DNA of 64,000 nucleotides from Camelus dromedarius (GCF_036321535.1 NC_087461.1:4712001-4776000); one strand, 5' to 3'; positions 1-12,736 are shown, counted from the first letter of the stretch. A program made the numbers and translations. The notes: a model not told the origin generated them from the sequence alone.

Positions 1-2056
1 GAATTGTCTACAAGCCATTATAAATCCATTTGTTTGGGTTTACCATCCTACTAATAAAACGGGTGCCCGTAGCTCGTGTGCTGCAGTGCAGAGGACAGAG
101 CGTGCTGCCTTACTCAGTGTAATTGATTGTAAAACCCACTTCAAATCCCACCAAATAAAGAGCATTTCACAGCTAATTAAAGTGAAAATTTCTCTTTCAG
201 CTATTACTGCCCAGTTTTTCTCTGTCTTTCCTCTAAATGTCTACCCCAGGGGCCTTTTTCTTCCCTAACCTTTACTACTTCAGGAATTCTAAAATGTGAC
301 CTGTGTTAGTGATCCTGTTTTGTCTCTAGAACCCAGAATACTGGGTCACAGTTTATTAAGGAAACAAACAAACAAAACCACTTATCTTAAAAGGGAAAGA
401 TCATTTTCTTGGTTCCTAGCTTTTTAAGGGACTGGCTGGGGGCTTCCTTAAATACATTTTTGACCCAAACCCCTGCAAACTCAGAAGTGTATTTAGGCGT
501 AAATACAAATAGATCTCAACTCCTATATTCTGCTGTCAATTATTATATCTAAAAAAACCCCCACGTCTTTTCCCTTAATAAGTCAAGATGTTTCTAAATT
601 TACTGCACAAACAAAACACCCAAGCAGAGAGGTCTTTAAAGACTGCAAAAGGATGAAAAGTGCATTGAAATACAACTTTCAGTAAGTTTAAATTTCATTG
701 AAACATTTTAAACTAATTTCTCTTCTGAAGACTTTGATATTTTATTACAAGCACTAAACTTAGAGACTGAACAGTAAAATCTCACTCTCCATGACCTGGA
801 CAGAATGGCAGGAATTCTGTCCTTACCCCAATGTCATGTAATGGGTCTGAGTTTGGGAAAGGACAGGAACAAAATTCACGTCGATGCCCAGTTTGTTTGT
901 TTTATTAACTCTGCGAGAGTTTGCATTTCCCCACATTTCAGGGGCGGCACAGAAAACAGGTTTTCTATAGACCAGATTCTAAACGTGCAGGCAGGTGGTC
1001 CCCGGGGGTCTTGCATTATTAGCAGACATTTAGTAGGTCACCAGTGATGTGATTATCATTTTGATGGCGATTTACTATGTTTTCTAGATATTGGAAAGTT
1101 TTTGGAGCAACTGAGGTCTTAGCATATGCAGTTTGAGTAGGAACATGATCTCAGCCAATTGAATCAGTATGTTGCCTATTCGACCTTGCGTTCCCAGAGC
1201 CTCGAAATCAGACTTGGTATATGGTGGGTGTTGTATAAATATTTAAAGAAGAAATGAATTGATAACTAAAGTCTTATGATTTGCTTTTTGACTCATAGAA
1301 GCAAAGTTTAATAATCTGACTGAGACACGTTCTTGTCATCGACAAATACGTACTGAACACCGCATAAAAGGCTTGAGTGATTTCTCTCTTTCTTGATGTC
1401 TCTTAATCACACATACAACAAAAACCTAACAACAAAAAGTAGCTCTGAATGCTAACAATGGTCCACGGTCCAACCTCCTGTTCTCCTGGACAATTTCCCA
1501 TCTCTCTTTATTTCCAACCCCCCTCCCCCTGCCCATCCCCATCATTCCTTCTCCATCCTGGCTCTCAGCGAATGACTGCATTCAATCCTTCACGGAAAAA
1601 AACTGAACCAGGAGAAAATGTCCACAGACACCGTCTCACAGCTAACCATCATCGTCTATCTTGTGCTTTCTGATCATGCCCGTTAGCAGTTTGCAAAAGG
1701 AGCCCAGGTCCTTTGGGATCTCTGAGATGCTTTCAGGGGGATCTGTGAGGCCAAAATTACTTCTTAATGAAGCTAAAATATTTTCACCTTTCATTCATTC
1801 TTTTTTTTTCCTCTCACAGTGCAGAGTGGACATTTCCAGAAACTATAAAATGTGTGACAGTGCCGTCTCCCTGGTGGCTAAGGCAACGAGTGTTTGTGTA
1901 TTCTTGTGTTTTAAAGATTCCCCAGTTATTAATCTCTAACACAGTAAGGTTGGTAAATGTTGATATGTGTCACCCATATAATCAAAGGTGCGCAGGTGCA
2001 CTGGGGTCTTCAATACTTGTTTAAGGGTCTAAAGGGGTCCTAAGACCAAAACGGTC

Positions 2057-2115
2057 TTTTTTTTTTTTTTTTTGCATTATTTTTTACTGAAGTATAGTCA
2101 GCTTACGATGTTGTG
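2057..2115 (-). mobile_element. Very short 5'-truncated L1 3' tail
   Basis: Poly-T followed by ttttttactgaagtatagtcagcttacgatgttgtg (L1 3' end, antisense); degenerate TSD agaccaaaacggtc (2043-2056) / agaccagaaagttc (2119-2132). Confidence 0.7.
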
Positions 2116-2359
2116 CTGAGACCAGAAAGTTCCAACACTGTTGTTGGTATGACTATTCCAATGTGATTTGCTCTTCCATTTTTAGATAAAAATAAACACC
2201 AAAATAGGCAGTTTGATAATATGGAATGAATGAGTTAGACCGATAATGAAATGAATATTCTGGACCTTCAGAACTGAGCTGGGAATTTGCACATCTTGCT
2301 TCCTAATGTTTCAGTGGTGGATTTATTTTCTGTCTTCAAATCATTTTGGAAATACTTTA

Positions 2360-2745
2360 TTTCACCTAAAAAATGCTGAACTCACAGAAGCAGGGAGTAG
2401 AATGGGGGTTGCTAGGGACTAGGGGATGGGGGGAAGTGGAGATGTTTGTCAAAGGGTAAGAATTCTAGATTTAAGATAAATAAGTTCTGGGAACCTAATG
2501 TACAGCATGGTGACTGCAGTTAAAAATACTGTTCTGTGTTGTATACTTGACAGTGGTTAAGAGAGTAGATCTTAAATGTACTCACCAAACACAAAGCGTA
2601 GTAATTATATGAGATGGGGGAGGTGTTGATTAACCCTTGTGGTCATGATTTCAGTGTGTACGTGCATCAAATCATCACGTTCTGCACCTTATATTCACAT
2701 GATGTCTTATGCCAATTATATTCATTAAAGCTGCAAAAAGGGAAA
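2360..2745 (+). mobile_element. Old L1 (L1MA/MB-type) 3' end
   Basis: gaactcacagaagcagggagtagaatgg...gttctgggaacctaatgtacagcatggtgac...gtagatcttaaatgtactcacc matches the L1MA/MB 3' UTR. Confidence 0.85.
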
Positions 2746-4419
2746 ACATTGCATTTGAAAAAATATGAGAACTTGTGTTTTGACTTTTAATGCTTGGGAG
2801 ATTTGATCCACCTTTAAGAAAGAGTTTTAAAGTAAAGTTGTTCCTAAAGGAGACAGGCAGTTTACAAATTGAAAATGCTCCTTTTTATTAAAAAAAAAAA
2901 GAAAACTTTTGATGTGGATTTGCCAAAGATTAAGTCTACACTTAAATGTTAGCATAATGGTGTTATTTGGTATATTTGTTTATTTGGTACATTTATATTT
3001 AGTGTGCGCATGTGTGTTTATATCATGCTTTGGTCCAAAAAATATTTTAGGTACCACACACCTATGGAATCTCTACTTTCAGGGCGCTGTGATACATAGC
3101 ATGTTCAGTGGATTGTAACAGATGATTTTGTATAGGAATTCTCGTTGTGACTTAAGATGCCATTAGTCCCTCACTCCTCTTCTTTACTGATGCTTGTTCC
3201 TGGGATAGTGGGTGCCAATTTGGAAGTTTTAGATCACTAATTTTGTCTGTCCATTAGGTAGACTGTTCCTGTGTTGAACTGCCCAAGGTGGTTTTATGCC
3301 AGAAAACCACCGACTTCCTTACTTATTGAGGCATATCCAATTGACTTCCAAATCTGTAAAAATTTTATTGACTATAATCTTCAATGTTACTTACCAGTTT
3401 CTAACTCGCTGGTGAGTTTATGCAAATCAATTATGTTTTTTGAACTGACAATGAATAGAAACTAGTAACTGGAAAAAATTGTCATCATGGGAATCCATCA
3501 TCTTTTTGCTGAGTGTGGCTTCCAAAAGAAAAATATTTACTCCCTTTAAATAAAGTCAAACCTGGAGAGAACCATAAAGCTTATTATACTCTTTATGATC
3601 TAACCCCCTTCAGGCCATGGGGCTCAACTTAATTGTGGTAATGTGGTCAGTTTTGGGTTGTTCTCTTCAAAGATTTGCCATGTGAAAATCTGTTTTAAAA
3701 GCCGGGTTGATGTTATCATGTATTTATCCCCACCTCTGTTTACTCTGTCCCCTGCAGGTAGCCTCCCACACCAGGAGGCACTGTGAAAGGAAAGTATTTT
3801 AAATCAAAATTAATAATCGCCATCCTGATCTCTAGGCAAGAAAGCCGAAAGAAGCATAAGTAGCAATTTATTTGGGTGAAAAACTAAAGAAAACCACGTG
3901 GCACAATAGAAATCCCCATGTTTAGAATTAAGTGCCCTCTTTACAAAAAGCCCAGAGAGCGTAGGGCAAGGCACCTTACTTTTCTGGCCCCGAGGGTGAG
4001 AGCAGCTGATGTCTTATGCCTCGGCGTCGTATGATGTGGTTTTGGTACCTGCTTCCCAGGCGTCCCCCCTTCTCTCATGTGAATGGCCTCACTCAGCCCT
4101 GCTGCCGGGCCCAGCTTTGGAGTGTGGGGCTCTAAGGACCTCACTCCACGTCTCCTTCTGAGCACCTTCATTGTGCCCCACCTCCTAGTCTCCCTCTTCT
4201 GCGTCCCGGCAGGACGGGGAGTTTGACGTCGGTCCTGGGCCATCTCCCAGCTTCCCTAAGCGAGCCTCTTCCTCATTCGGAGATAAGGGTGAGCCATCTC
4301 TGTGTGAATCAGTTCTGCCACTGGTGATGCTTTTCTTGGTCGGTTTTAGAAGTGGTGGAATCCAAACTGGAGGTCAAATGCCAACCAGTCCAACCACTCT
4401 TCTTCTCTCTGAATCAGTC

Positions 4420-4620
4420 CTGTCCTATCTCTGTCTCTCGAGGTTTGATTATCCTATTATCAGCCTGGAATGTCCCTCTCACCTTCACCATCTGACTCAC
4501 TCCTCCTCACCCCCTGAGATGCAGCTCAGGCACCACCTCCTCCAGAAGCCCTCCATCATTTCCCCCCCCCCTCCTTCCATCCTTTAACTTCAGGCTGGGA
4601 GTGGTGACCCTCCGTGGTGT
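4420..4620 (+). mobile_element. L2 fragment
   Basis: gcctggaatgtccctctc...cagctcaggcaccacctcctccagaagccctcc is typical of the L2 3' region. Confidence 0.6.
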
Positions 4621-5111
4621 CCCCCCGAACTCCCAATTTATCCCTCCACCCTCCCTTCCCCCCGGTAACCATCAGCTTATTTTCTATGTCTGTGAGTCTG
4701 TTTCTGTTTTGTAAATGAGTTCATTTGTGTCATTTTTTTTCAGATTTTACATATAAATGATATCATATGTTATTTTTCTTTCTCTGTCTGACTTACTTCA
4801 CTTAGTGTGATCATCTCTAGGTCCGTCCATGTTGCTGGAAATGGCATGATTTTACTCTTTTTTATGGCTGAGTAGTATTCCATTGTATATATACACACCA
4901 CAACTTCTTTATCCAGTCATCTGTCGATGGACATTTAGGTTGTTTCCATGTCTTGGCTATTGTAAATAATGCTGCTATGAACATTGGGGTGCATGTATCT
5001 TTTCAAATTAGAGTTTCCTCCAGATATATGCCGAGGAGTGGGATGGCTGGATCAAGTGGTATGTCTATTTTTAGTTTTTTAAGGAATCTCCATTCTGTTT
5101 TCCATAGTGGT
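4621..5111 (-). mobile_element. L1 3' UTR / ORF2-end fragment (artiodactyl type)
   Basis: ggtaaccatcagcttattttctatgtctgtgagtctg...gacttacttcacttag...gctatgaacattggggtgcatgtatc...aggaatctccattctgttttccatagtgg; source of ORF 4953-5144. Confidence 0.93.
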
Positions 5112-8100
5112 TTCCCTGAATGCTCGTTTAATTATGAGGATTAAATGAAAGAATACATACATGTAGCACGGAGTCTGTTGTGCATAATTGTTGATCACGA
5201 TCGTATCATATTTCCAGAGAACTGAGAGCAGACGTCACTTTTCAAGTTGGTGAGCAGCTGTAAGGACTTCTCAGGTGCTCTCTCTCCAGCTTTTTAATCA
5301 ATGGAGCTTTGGATGGACTCCTGGTAATTAGAGCCACCATGCTCAGTTGTGGTTTATTCTCTGAAATAACTTCATATGTGAGCTTTGACTTATGAAAGAT
5401 AAAGCATCCTGAAGGTCATGTGTTCTGCAATGGCCACCCCCCCTGATAATGGTGATGGGTGTAAGGCCTCCAATGATCTTTTCATTTATCCTCTACTCGT
5501 AACCAAAGGACTCACACTTCTGTAATGTTTTCTGGAATGACAATTCAATTTGTAGGTGCAGAACTGAAAGCCTTTCTGCTTAAAAAGGCAACCTCTTCAT
5601 GGTTTCAGTCTCTTGGCTCTGTGTTGTCAATTGGTCAATATATTTGATAGCAGGAGCCAAGAAGACAGAGTTAATCTTGATGCTTCTTCAGAAAAAAGAA
5701 GAGACCCACACCAAGGTCAAGGCTGTACAGCTAGTGGGTCTAGAAGCACAAGGGATAGGACGGAGGGACAGAAAACGGTTTAGGAAGTTGACCCGGAAGA
5801 GCCAAAAGAAGAGAAATGCTGAACTATGGCTGAGCAGCTGGTAGTAAAAATTCATTTGGAAGTTTTAAAAAATTCTTCCTCAAAAGCTGTCAGAGCTGCC
5901 CTCAATTTCCTGCAAGGATTTGCAGCATTGCTGTAGGTAAGTGTGTAGAGTGTTTACAGAAATGTTCAAAGCCAGAGAAGTTTGAATCTTGCATAATTCA
6001 ATTAAAATGTGTATTTTAGTGATAACTGAACCAGAAAAAAAAAAAGTACAGAGGAAACAGGAGGAAGAGTGTAGGGGAATTACGGTGGTGCACCCACTGC
6101 GGATCCGTTAGGGAAGAAGTGGTGTGTTGATGTTTATACCCAGGTTCTGGTGGGTGTCTTCTGGGTGGCCGTCTGTCATTAACCCCATATGTTAAAAACC
6201 ACCAATCGCCCATGGAAGGGTAAACCTGGTTTCATCTCTTCACACTTTCCAAAGGGAATAATTTATGTCAGGAGATGCTTTGGTTCCAGTAATGACTGGT
6301 GAGGGGTAAGTTTTGACGGCCAACTTCTGGCAGCCCCACCTTGTGCTCTCTGGGGATTAGCAATCTATCTTTCTAGTTCTGTGGCTTTCTTGATTTTTTC
6401 TGTTTCCCTAGAGTTGGGCTGCTCAGCCACAGTTTTACCTGGAAAGTTTTTTGCTTGTTTCTAGCCAGCAAAACTCTCACTCTTCCAGGGAAAATATTTG
6501 AGACTCTGGGCTCTAAAGAATCAGATTTGACAGTCAGGGTTTCCTTCTATTTAGATTGTTTTCCTTAAAATGTAACTAACTACATGGTAAAGCAATCTGG
6601 AAAGAGCTCTTTGGTTTCATTTGGCAACTAACATCTCAGAACTTTAACCAAGTGAACACCTGCGGGGTCCAGGGTTTTCCTACGATGGGCAACTTTTATT
6701 GTCAAGTCCAATGGCATCGACCTTCTTGCCTCTTCTTATTCATCTTTAAATTGGATTTACAGTGGCTGTGGGACTTATAAAGTGCTGGGAGTGTTTGGAA
6801 AGCCCTTTGAAGATAAGAGAACTCTCTTAATTAAAATGAAGATATGATCATCTCCAGTTATGTCTCTTTGATCTCCGTGGACCACTGTATTCTGGGGCTC
6901 GTAGTTTCTGACAGTTGCTTCCCTCTCCTTCCTAAGTCAATGGGGAGCCCTCTGGCTTCTGGGAAGTACTGAGGCCAAGGACCATTGGCTCCAGTACGTG
7001 ATGGTCAACCAAGGAACCATTTGGCAGGTTTTTGAAGAGTTTCTTTTAATCACCGCTTATCTTGTTTTTATCCTATGTTGAGTGGGTGGGTGGTAAAGGA
7101 ACCTGAAAATTACGTCTGTCATCAAGGAAACTATTTACATTGGCATAGGTGACAATTAGTGCATGAACCTGGCCCATCCTACCCCTCTGCCTGCCTGTGG
7201 CTTCTCAGAGACAGTCAGACCCTGCCTTCAATCCTCCAGGGATGGGAGTGTGAGGAGATGCTGCCCCTCCAAGTGTAGAACAAAAAAAGAGAAGAATATT
7301 TTAATGAAAAACAGTCACAACAGAAAAAAAAAAAAAAAAGATTTCACCTGTGATTTTCCTGTGAAGGTAAAGTAAAGGGAAAGCCGGATTGGACCGAGTA
7401 GCATGTCTGCTTATTGGGTAAGATTTCGCAGGGAAAGGCACATCGCTGCTTGAGCTCTTCTTGCTAACGGCTTTGGATGGTGTTTACAACTCTTTCAGTG
7501 TAAGAATTTGACTTGGTTCTTTTCTTAAATGTGAAAAAACAAAAAGGCTCCTTTACTTCTTAATATTTTCCTACTTAAAGCACAATAAACGGTCCAACTG
7601 AGGATTCTGAGATGGTTACATGGGGACCACTGCCCCATCACAGGAGGGGCAGGGCCCTTCCAATGGTGGAGGTGTGAGGTGGGGAGACCCAAGCAGAAGA
7701 GGACTGTGTCTTCCATCCGATGCTCTAACGCCATTTGGTGTTGGGATGCTGGGCTTCATTTGATTTCTCTCTTCACCCAAAATTCTCCACCAAAGAAAGG
7801 CACCAATCTGAGATGCTGTTCGAGCTGAATCTTGCCATAGAAACAATAGATTCTCCAAGGGACGTGAGAGAGCCTCTAAGAGCATCTCTTAAACACCTTG
7901 ACTTTACAGGGAAGAAAACGATGTGCTCAAGATCAGAATGATTGCAGCTGAGGCTGAATGAGGAGCGCAGGCCTCCTGCCCCCCAGGCCTGCCTTCTATC
8001 TGCAGCTGCACCCGCCTCGAGCAGTTGTGGGCTCTCCCGATGTCCCTGAGAGTGAGGCAACAGGTTGCTCTGAGGGGACTTTTAAGGGACAGCATCTTCC

Positions 8101-8709
8101 AGGGGACACAGGAACCTGGGGACAGGGTTCGTGCTTGGCCAGGAGTCTCACTGCTTCTCCCGTCCTCTGAGAAGCTAGCTCCACTGGTTGGCCAGCAGAG
8201 AAGGTGGCCAAGAGCCAGGGGGCATTTAGGACAGGTGCGGTTTAGCGTGGTTTCAGGGTGGGCGTAGCAGCAGAGGAGGCTATATCGGTGTGTAGTTAAA
8301 AAAAAAATGCATAACTCAAAATTCTCTGGAAACATTCACCGTCACCTTCAATTTGTTTCAGTGGAGGGGATATTTCTGAAAAAAAATTCCAAAAATGGAT
8401 TGTCCTCCAATTAAAATCTTTGTATCTGTTATGTATCTGATAATGCTTTTCAAGCAAGTTTTGCAGCTTGCCCCTGTAAAAAGCTAGCCCATGAGTTGAT
8501 GATTAAGATGTGATTATGTGTGGACCTTCTGCCATCAGTCCTAGTTCTTTATATCAAAAGTTATTATAAAACCAATACCAGGAATTTTAAGATCCTGCAC
8601 AAGGAGTCGAATTGTGAGTCAGAGGGCTTGGCAAAGGATGTGTAATAAGGTAGGGTTTTCTCTATAAGAAGAATATTCTCAAGCAGCCTCTGCTCAAAAA
8701 CAGAGCCTT

Positions 8710-9258
8710 TTACTATTTACAATAGCCAAGACATGAAAGCAACCTAAAATCCACCAACAGATGACTGGATAAAGAAGACACATAGTGGAATACTACTCAG
8801 CCGTAAAAACGAATGAGTTGATGCCATTTGCAGCAACGTGGATGGACCTGGAGATTATCATACTAAATGAAGTAAGCCAGAAAGAGAAAGAAAAATACCA
8901 TATGACATCACTTATATGTAGAATCTAAAAAATGACACAGATGAGCTTATTTACAAATAACAGACTCACAGACATAGAAAACAAACTTACGGTTACCAGG
9001 AGGGCAAGGGGGGGGCGATACATTGGGAGTTCAGGATTTGCAGAGTCTAACTACTACATATAAAACAGATCAATGGCAAGATCCTCCTGTACAGCACAGG
9101 GCACTGTATTCAATCTCTTGTATTAGCTTATGACAAAAAAGAATATGGAAAGGAATATATATATGTATATATATAACAAAATCATTATGCTGCACACCAG
9201 AAAACACAATGTAAACTGACTATACTACAATAATAAAAAAATTAAAAAGAAAAAAGAA
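8710..9258 (+). mobile_element. 5'-truncated L1 with A-rich tail
   Basis: acaatagccaagacatg...ccatttgcagcaacgtggatggacctggagattatc...acagacatagaaaacaaacttacggttacc...tail; possible TSD aaaacagagc (8697-8706) / aaaccagagc (9257-9266). Confidence 0.93.
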
Positions 9259-9394
9259 ACCAGAGCGTTTGGACAGAGGACAGGCCCTTGCGTTGGCACC
9301 GCAAGGAGCAAGGGCCACTTATTTGCTCTTCGCTTTTCTGTCCTAAGGATCAGCATCGAGAACAGTACCTGACGTTTACCGGGCGCTCGCTGGC

Positions 9395-9600
9395 TCTCAG
9401 GCACTGCATCTTACATAGAGTGTTAGCTCATTTAATCCCCAGAGTGACAGTGCACACGTACCCCACATACAGTGAGCATTTCCATCCTACCAAGGAGAAG
9501 ACAGGCTCTTAGCTCTTCAATGAGGGGTCCAGGGCACTCTAGCGAGCAGGTGGTGGGTGTTTGGGTTTGAGCTCAGGCAGCCTGACTTTGGAGCCTGTCT
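9395..9600 (-). mobile_element. MIR SINE
   Basis: gctcatttaatcccca...gggtttgagctcaggcagcctgactttggagcc resembles antisense MIR. Confidence 0.6.
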
Positions 9601-9656
9601 CAAAGAAAACAACTTTTCCAAGAGAAGTTTCTTAAACTTTCTCAGTGGCAGCCATC

Positions 9657-9885
9657 CAGGGCTGTTCAACAGAACTCTCTGCAGTGATGAAAATGTTCTG
9701 CATCTGTGTGTGTGTCCAAGATGTTAGCTAGGAGCCAGTTCTGGTCTTTGAATATAAGCACTTTAAATGTGGCTAATAGAACTGAGAAACTGGATTTTTC
9801 AAATTTTTACCTAATTCTAATTAACTTAATTTAAATATACATATCCACACGTGACTAGTAGCTACCATATCGAATAGCACCGCAG
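9657..9885 (+). mobile_element. MER3-type hAT-Charlie DNA transposon relic
   Basis: cagggctgttcaacagaactctctgcagtgatgaaaatgttc...agcactttaaatgtggcta...gactagtagctaccatatcgaatagcac. Confidence 0.85.
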
Positions 9886-9974
9886 ACAGGGAGAATCTCA
9901 TGTTGGTTCGGGATGGTGTCTTTAATCTCTGATTGTTTGCCTACATGAGCTTATGAGCTCAAAGACACTAAAGT

Positions 9975-10075
9975 TAAAGCAAGAAGAAAAGAAGCATAAA
10001 GAAAGAAAGAGATAGAAAGAGAAGGAAAGAGGAAGGAAAGAAGGAAGGAGGGAAGGAGGGAAGGAGGAAGGTGAC
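9975..10075. repeat. Polypurine (GAA/GGAA/GGGA) low-complexity tract
   Basis: aagaagaaaagaag...ggaaggagggaaggagggaaggaggaagg. Confidence 0.85.
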
Positions 10076-10479
10076 TTGCTTTGAGCATCAGTGCTTTGGT
10101 CTGTTGGGGTCACCTGATTGGGTTCTGTATTTGGAGCTCTTCAAATGTGGACTCCAAAGCTGTATTTACTGACATTATGTTATACATGTTCTGGTCCACA
10201 TAGAACTCACCCAACCCAAGTCCTCAGCCTCGTTTGGATTTTATTAAAAAGAACCTTGTCCCAGAGTTATGATCTAGCAACTTGGACTTTACAAATTCAT
10301 TTCAAAATGATTTGATATCGTAGCTCAAGCTTTTAAAACTTGCCTAGAGGGAACTAAAGTCTCTCCGAAATGAATGACCCATGTCCCACTTACGAATCTC
10401 TTGTTCTGTATTTACTCTTGTTATTCATTTACTTCTTGTAGAGCCAGGAAAGATCTGTGATCGTCTACATTAACGCTTG

Positions 10480-10590
10480 CGTTGTCAATAAGGAAAGCCC
10501 AGGGAATCAAGTAACTCACCCAAGGTTGCTCAGCTCTGGGTGCTGGAGCCAAACTCAACCCGCCCTCCCTAGTCCAGAATTTCCTGGGCT
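10480..10590 (-). mobile_element. MIR SINE core
   Basis: aaggaaagcccagggaatcaagtaactcacccaaggttgctcagc...ggagccaaactcaaccc. Confidence 0.6.
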
Positions 10591-10678
10591 TCTTGGAACA
10601 ATCCCAGAACACTGATTTTGACAGGCCCCCCCTCAGGGCTCCATAATACTTATTCTGTGATTCTCAGGTAAAGCTTAC

Positions 10679-10754
10679 CTAGAAATCTTCTGGTTGGCGA
10701 TCTTGCCAAACAGTTGATGGTCTTTCCCCTGTATCTCTGTGTGCCATCGCTCAC
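10679..10754 (-). other. Candidate 76-nt exon with AG|GTGAG start
   Basis: Minus strand: tcctcctttttttttaatctatggtctatcaccgctcag|GTGAGC...TTCTAG|gtaagc. Confidence 0.25.
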
Positions 10755-11376
10755 CTGAGCGGTGATAGACCATAGATTAAAAAAAAAGGAGGAATAGAGG
10801 CTTCTCGATGTAATCTCCAGGATGAAAGATCGCTTTCCACAACCTGCGTGCAGAGATGTGGTGATAGCTTTTTGCAGCCTTCCATTCAGTATTGAAAAAC
10901 AACAAAAGTAAACTTTTGGGAGAGGTGTAGCAACCTTAAACTAACCTTGGCTGTCACTAAGATCCCGTGAGGACAGGAAGGAACACATTCTGGGAACTTG
11001 TTTCAGGGAAGGGGAAAAAAAATCCCCCTGGCACTCACTTAAATGATAGGCTACTGTGAGTTTTAAATGGAAAACACCATCGGAGGTGATTTAGGAGACT
11101 AACCATGATAAATTCTGGGTAATTGAATGCATTAGGGAGGAACATAAAATTAGAGTAATTTAAGGAGATTAAAAAAAAGGAACCAGAGATTATACAATTT
11201 AAGGATTTTGAATTGTTTTAACAACATTCCCTAATTAGTCGGCAAATTTCTCTGTGAGGAAGAAGGTTTTCAAGTTGGATGGGCACCGAAATGAGGATTA
11301 CTTTAGATTTCAGCTATGTCAGCGCAGAGAGAAAGGGAGGATCAGGGAGAATCAGGCAGAATCTTTGATGATGGAT

Positions 11377-11402
11377 GGGGCGGGGGTGGGGGCGGGGCAG
11401 GG
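11377..11402 (+). promoter_or_regulatory. G-quadruplex motif / GC-box cluster
   Basis: ggggcgggggtgggggcggggcaggg: five G-runs and two GGGGCGGGG boxes, next to a CpG-retaining stretch (about 11420-11500). Confidence 0.55.
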
Positions 11403-12275
11403 TCTGCTGTAAGGCAAGCGGGGGATGTCCGAGTATTTCTCGGGCATTCAATTTCCGTACGTTTAGGAGGGTTACATCGGAAGGAACGAGTAGGCGCAAT
11501 TAGAGCATCACATGTGGTTACTGAGGAACCAGGAAGCTCAGTGGTGTTTTTCTCCTAAAATTCCAGAGTGAATCTCTGTGTTTTATCTCCACCTAAATGC
11601 TTCTGGGGAACCTGCTTTGCCTTCTCCCCCTCATATTCCCCAGAGTACAAAGCTTAGGATTATGCAATAGGCATTTGTTGGGCAACTGATCTGATTAGAA
11701 ACTGGAATTATGAGACTAGGTTAGGTTGTAACTTACCTAGGAGACATGCATTTGGAGGTGAGGAGAGATGTTTCAAGGGGAAAAAGAGAAATAAGGGGTC
11801 AGGCAGAATGGTCTGGAGGGGAATGATGGTTGAAGGGGCGGTGAGGAATATGGTCAGGAGAGAAGAGCCTTAAAAATTTAAAATGAGGGCTGTCTAGGTG
11901 CTTGATGCTGATAGGAAGTCAAGTATAAATTCAGAGACAGAGCCTGAAATTGTGGCATGGGAAATTTTGGCAAATACGGTAACGTCTGACCTGGCGGGCG
12001 ATGCCCACAGGGTTGAACGGTTCAGTGGAGGGTGCTGTCGGCAGAAGCGTTGAGAAGATGAGAATAAGCAAACTTAAAGATTAAGTCTCAAGATGAGGAA
12101 GGATGCTGCTGTCTTCCAGACACTGGGGCAACATCTGCTGTCCTCATCCCCCGATGTCCTACCATCTCGGGGTGACTGTGGCGCCATCTCCACCCCCACC
12201 GCACGCCTCCCCACCCCTGTCTGCACCTCTGCTCTGGAACTGGTTTCAGCGCTCCAGCGTGCCTCATCCACTTTC

Positions 12276-12476
12276 TTATTTCACATCCTTCTCTTCTTCT
12301 CCTGGGTCAAAGTCAAACTCGGTTTCCTCTTCCGCAATGTTAGCCATCTTGCCCGCCACTTCTCTAGAAGTTGCCTTATTTGTCGGGGGTGTTATTCTCC
12401 AGAGAATGAGGAGGTGAAAGGACAGTCGTGTGGCTCTTTTGAACTCATCATCCAAACTAAATTGGGTCAGTGCATT
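12276..12476 (-). other. Candidate terminal coding exon (66 codons plus stop), unknown product
   Basis: tttatttaacaatag| then open frame NALTQFSLDDEFKRATRLSFHLLILWRITPPTNKATSREVAGKMANIAEEETEFDFDPGEEEKDVK*; no homologue recognised. Confidence 0.15.
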
Positions 12477-12519
12477 CTATTGTTAAATAAATGCTTGTCT
12501 AACACATGAGTGAAGAGAT

Positions 12520-12687
12520 CAGAGGCTGGAGCAGGTGGCTTGAGTTCTGTCCTTGACTCCTACCCTCCCTGGTCTCAGCTGTTTCAGCTTCAGCCAAGGG
12601 CACCAAAGACGGTGTTTCTTTCCCATGGTCCTCCTGATGATTCAGTGAGATAGTCTGCATAACGCACTTGGCAGGATGCCTGCTGCA

Positions 12688-12688
<1 letters not shown>
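12520..12688 (+). mobile_element. Degenerate MIR SINE
   Basis: aggctggagcaggtggcttgagttctgtcc...gatgattcagtgagatagtctgcataacgcacttggcaggatgcctg. Confidence 0.5.

Positions 12689-12733
<45 letters not shown>
12689..12733. repeat. (ATT)15 microsatellite
   Basis: Perfect trinucleotide run at the MIR tail. Confidence 0.97.

Positions 12734-12736
<3 letters not shown>

Noticed and set aside
5661-5942. + strand exon ending TAG|GTAAGT at 5936 (similar lone donor at about 34529)
   Set aside because: Strong donor but no convincing acceptor, and frames close; lone donors are common.
8205-8230. CTCF-like CCAGGGGGCA; REST-like half sites near 15150 and 28245
   Set aside because: Only partial matches with wrong spacing or missing core bases.
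7773-8335. Cluster of overlapping 70-143 aa ORFs
   Set aside because: ORFs on several frames and both strands reflect local GC content; no homology recognised and no clear donor.
9975-10075. H-DNA (triplex) function of the polypurine tract
   Set aside because: Common low-complexity repeat with an imperfect mirror; nothing ties it to function.
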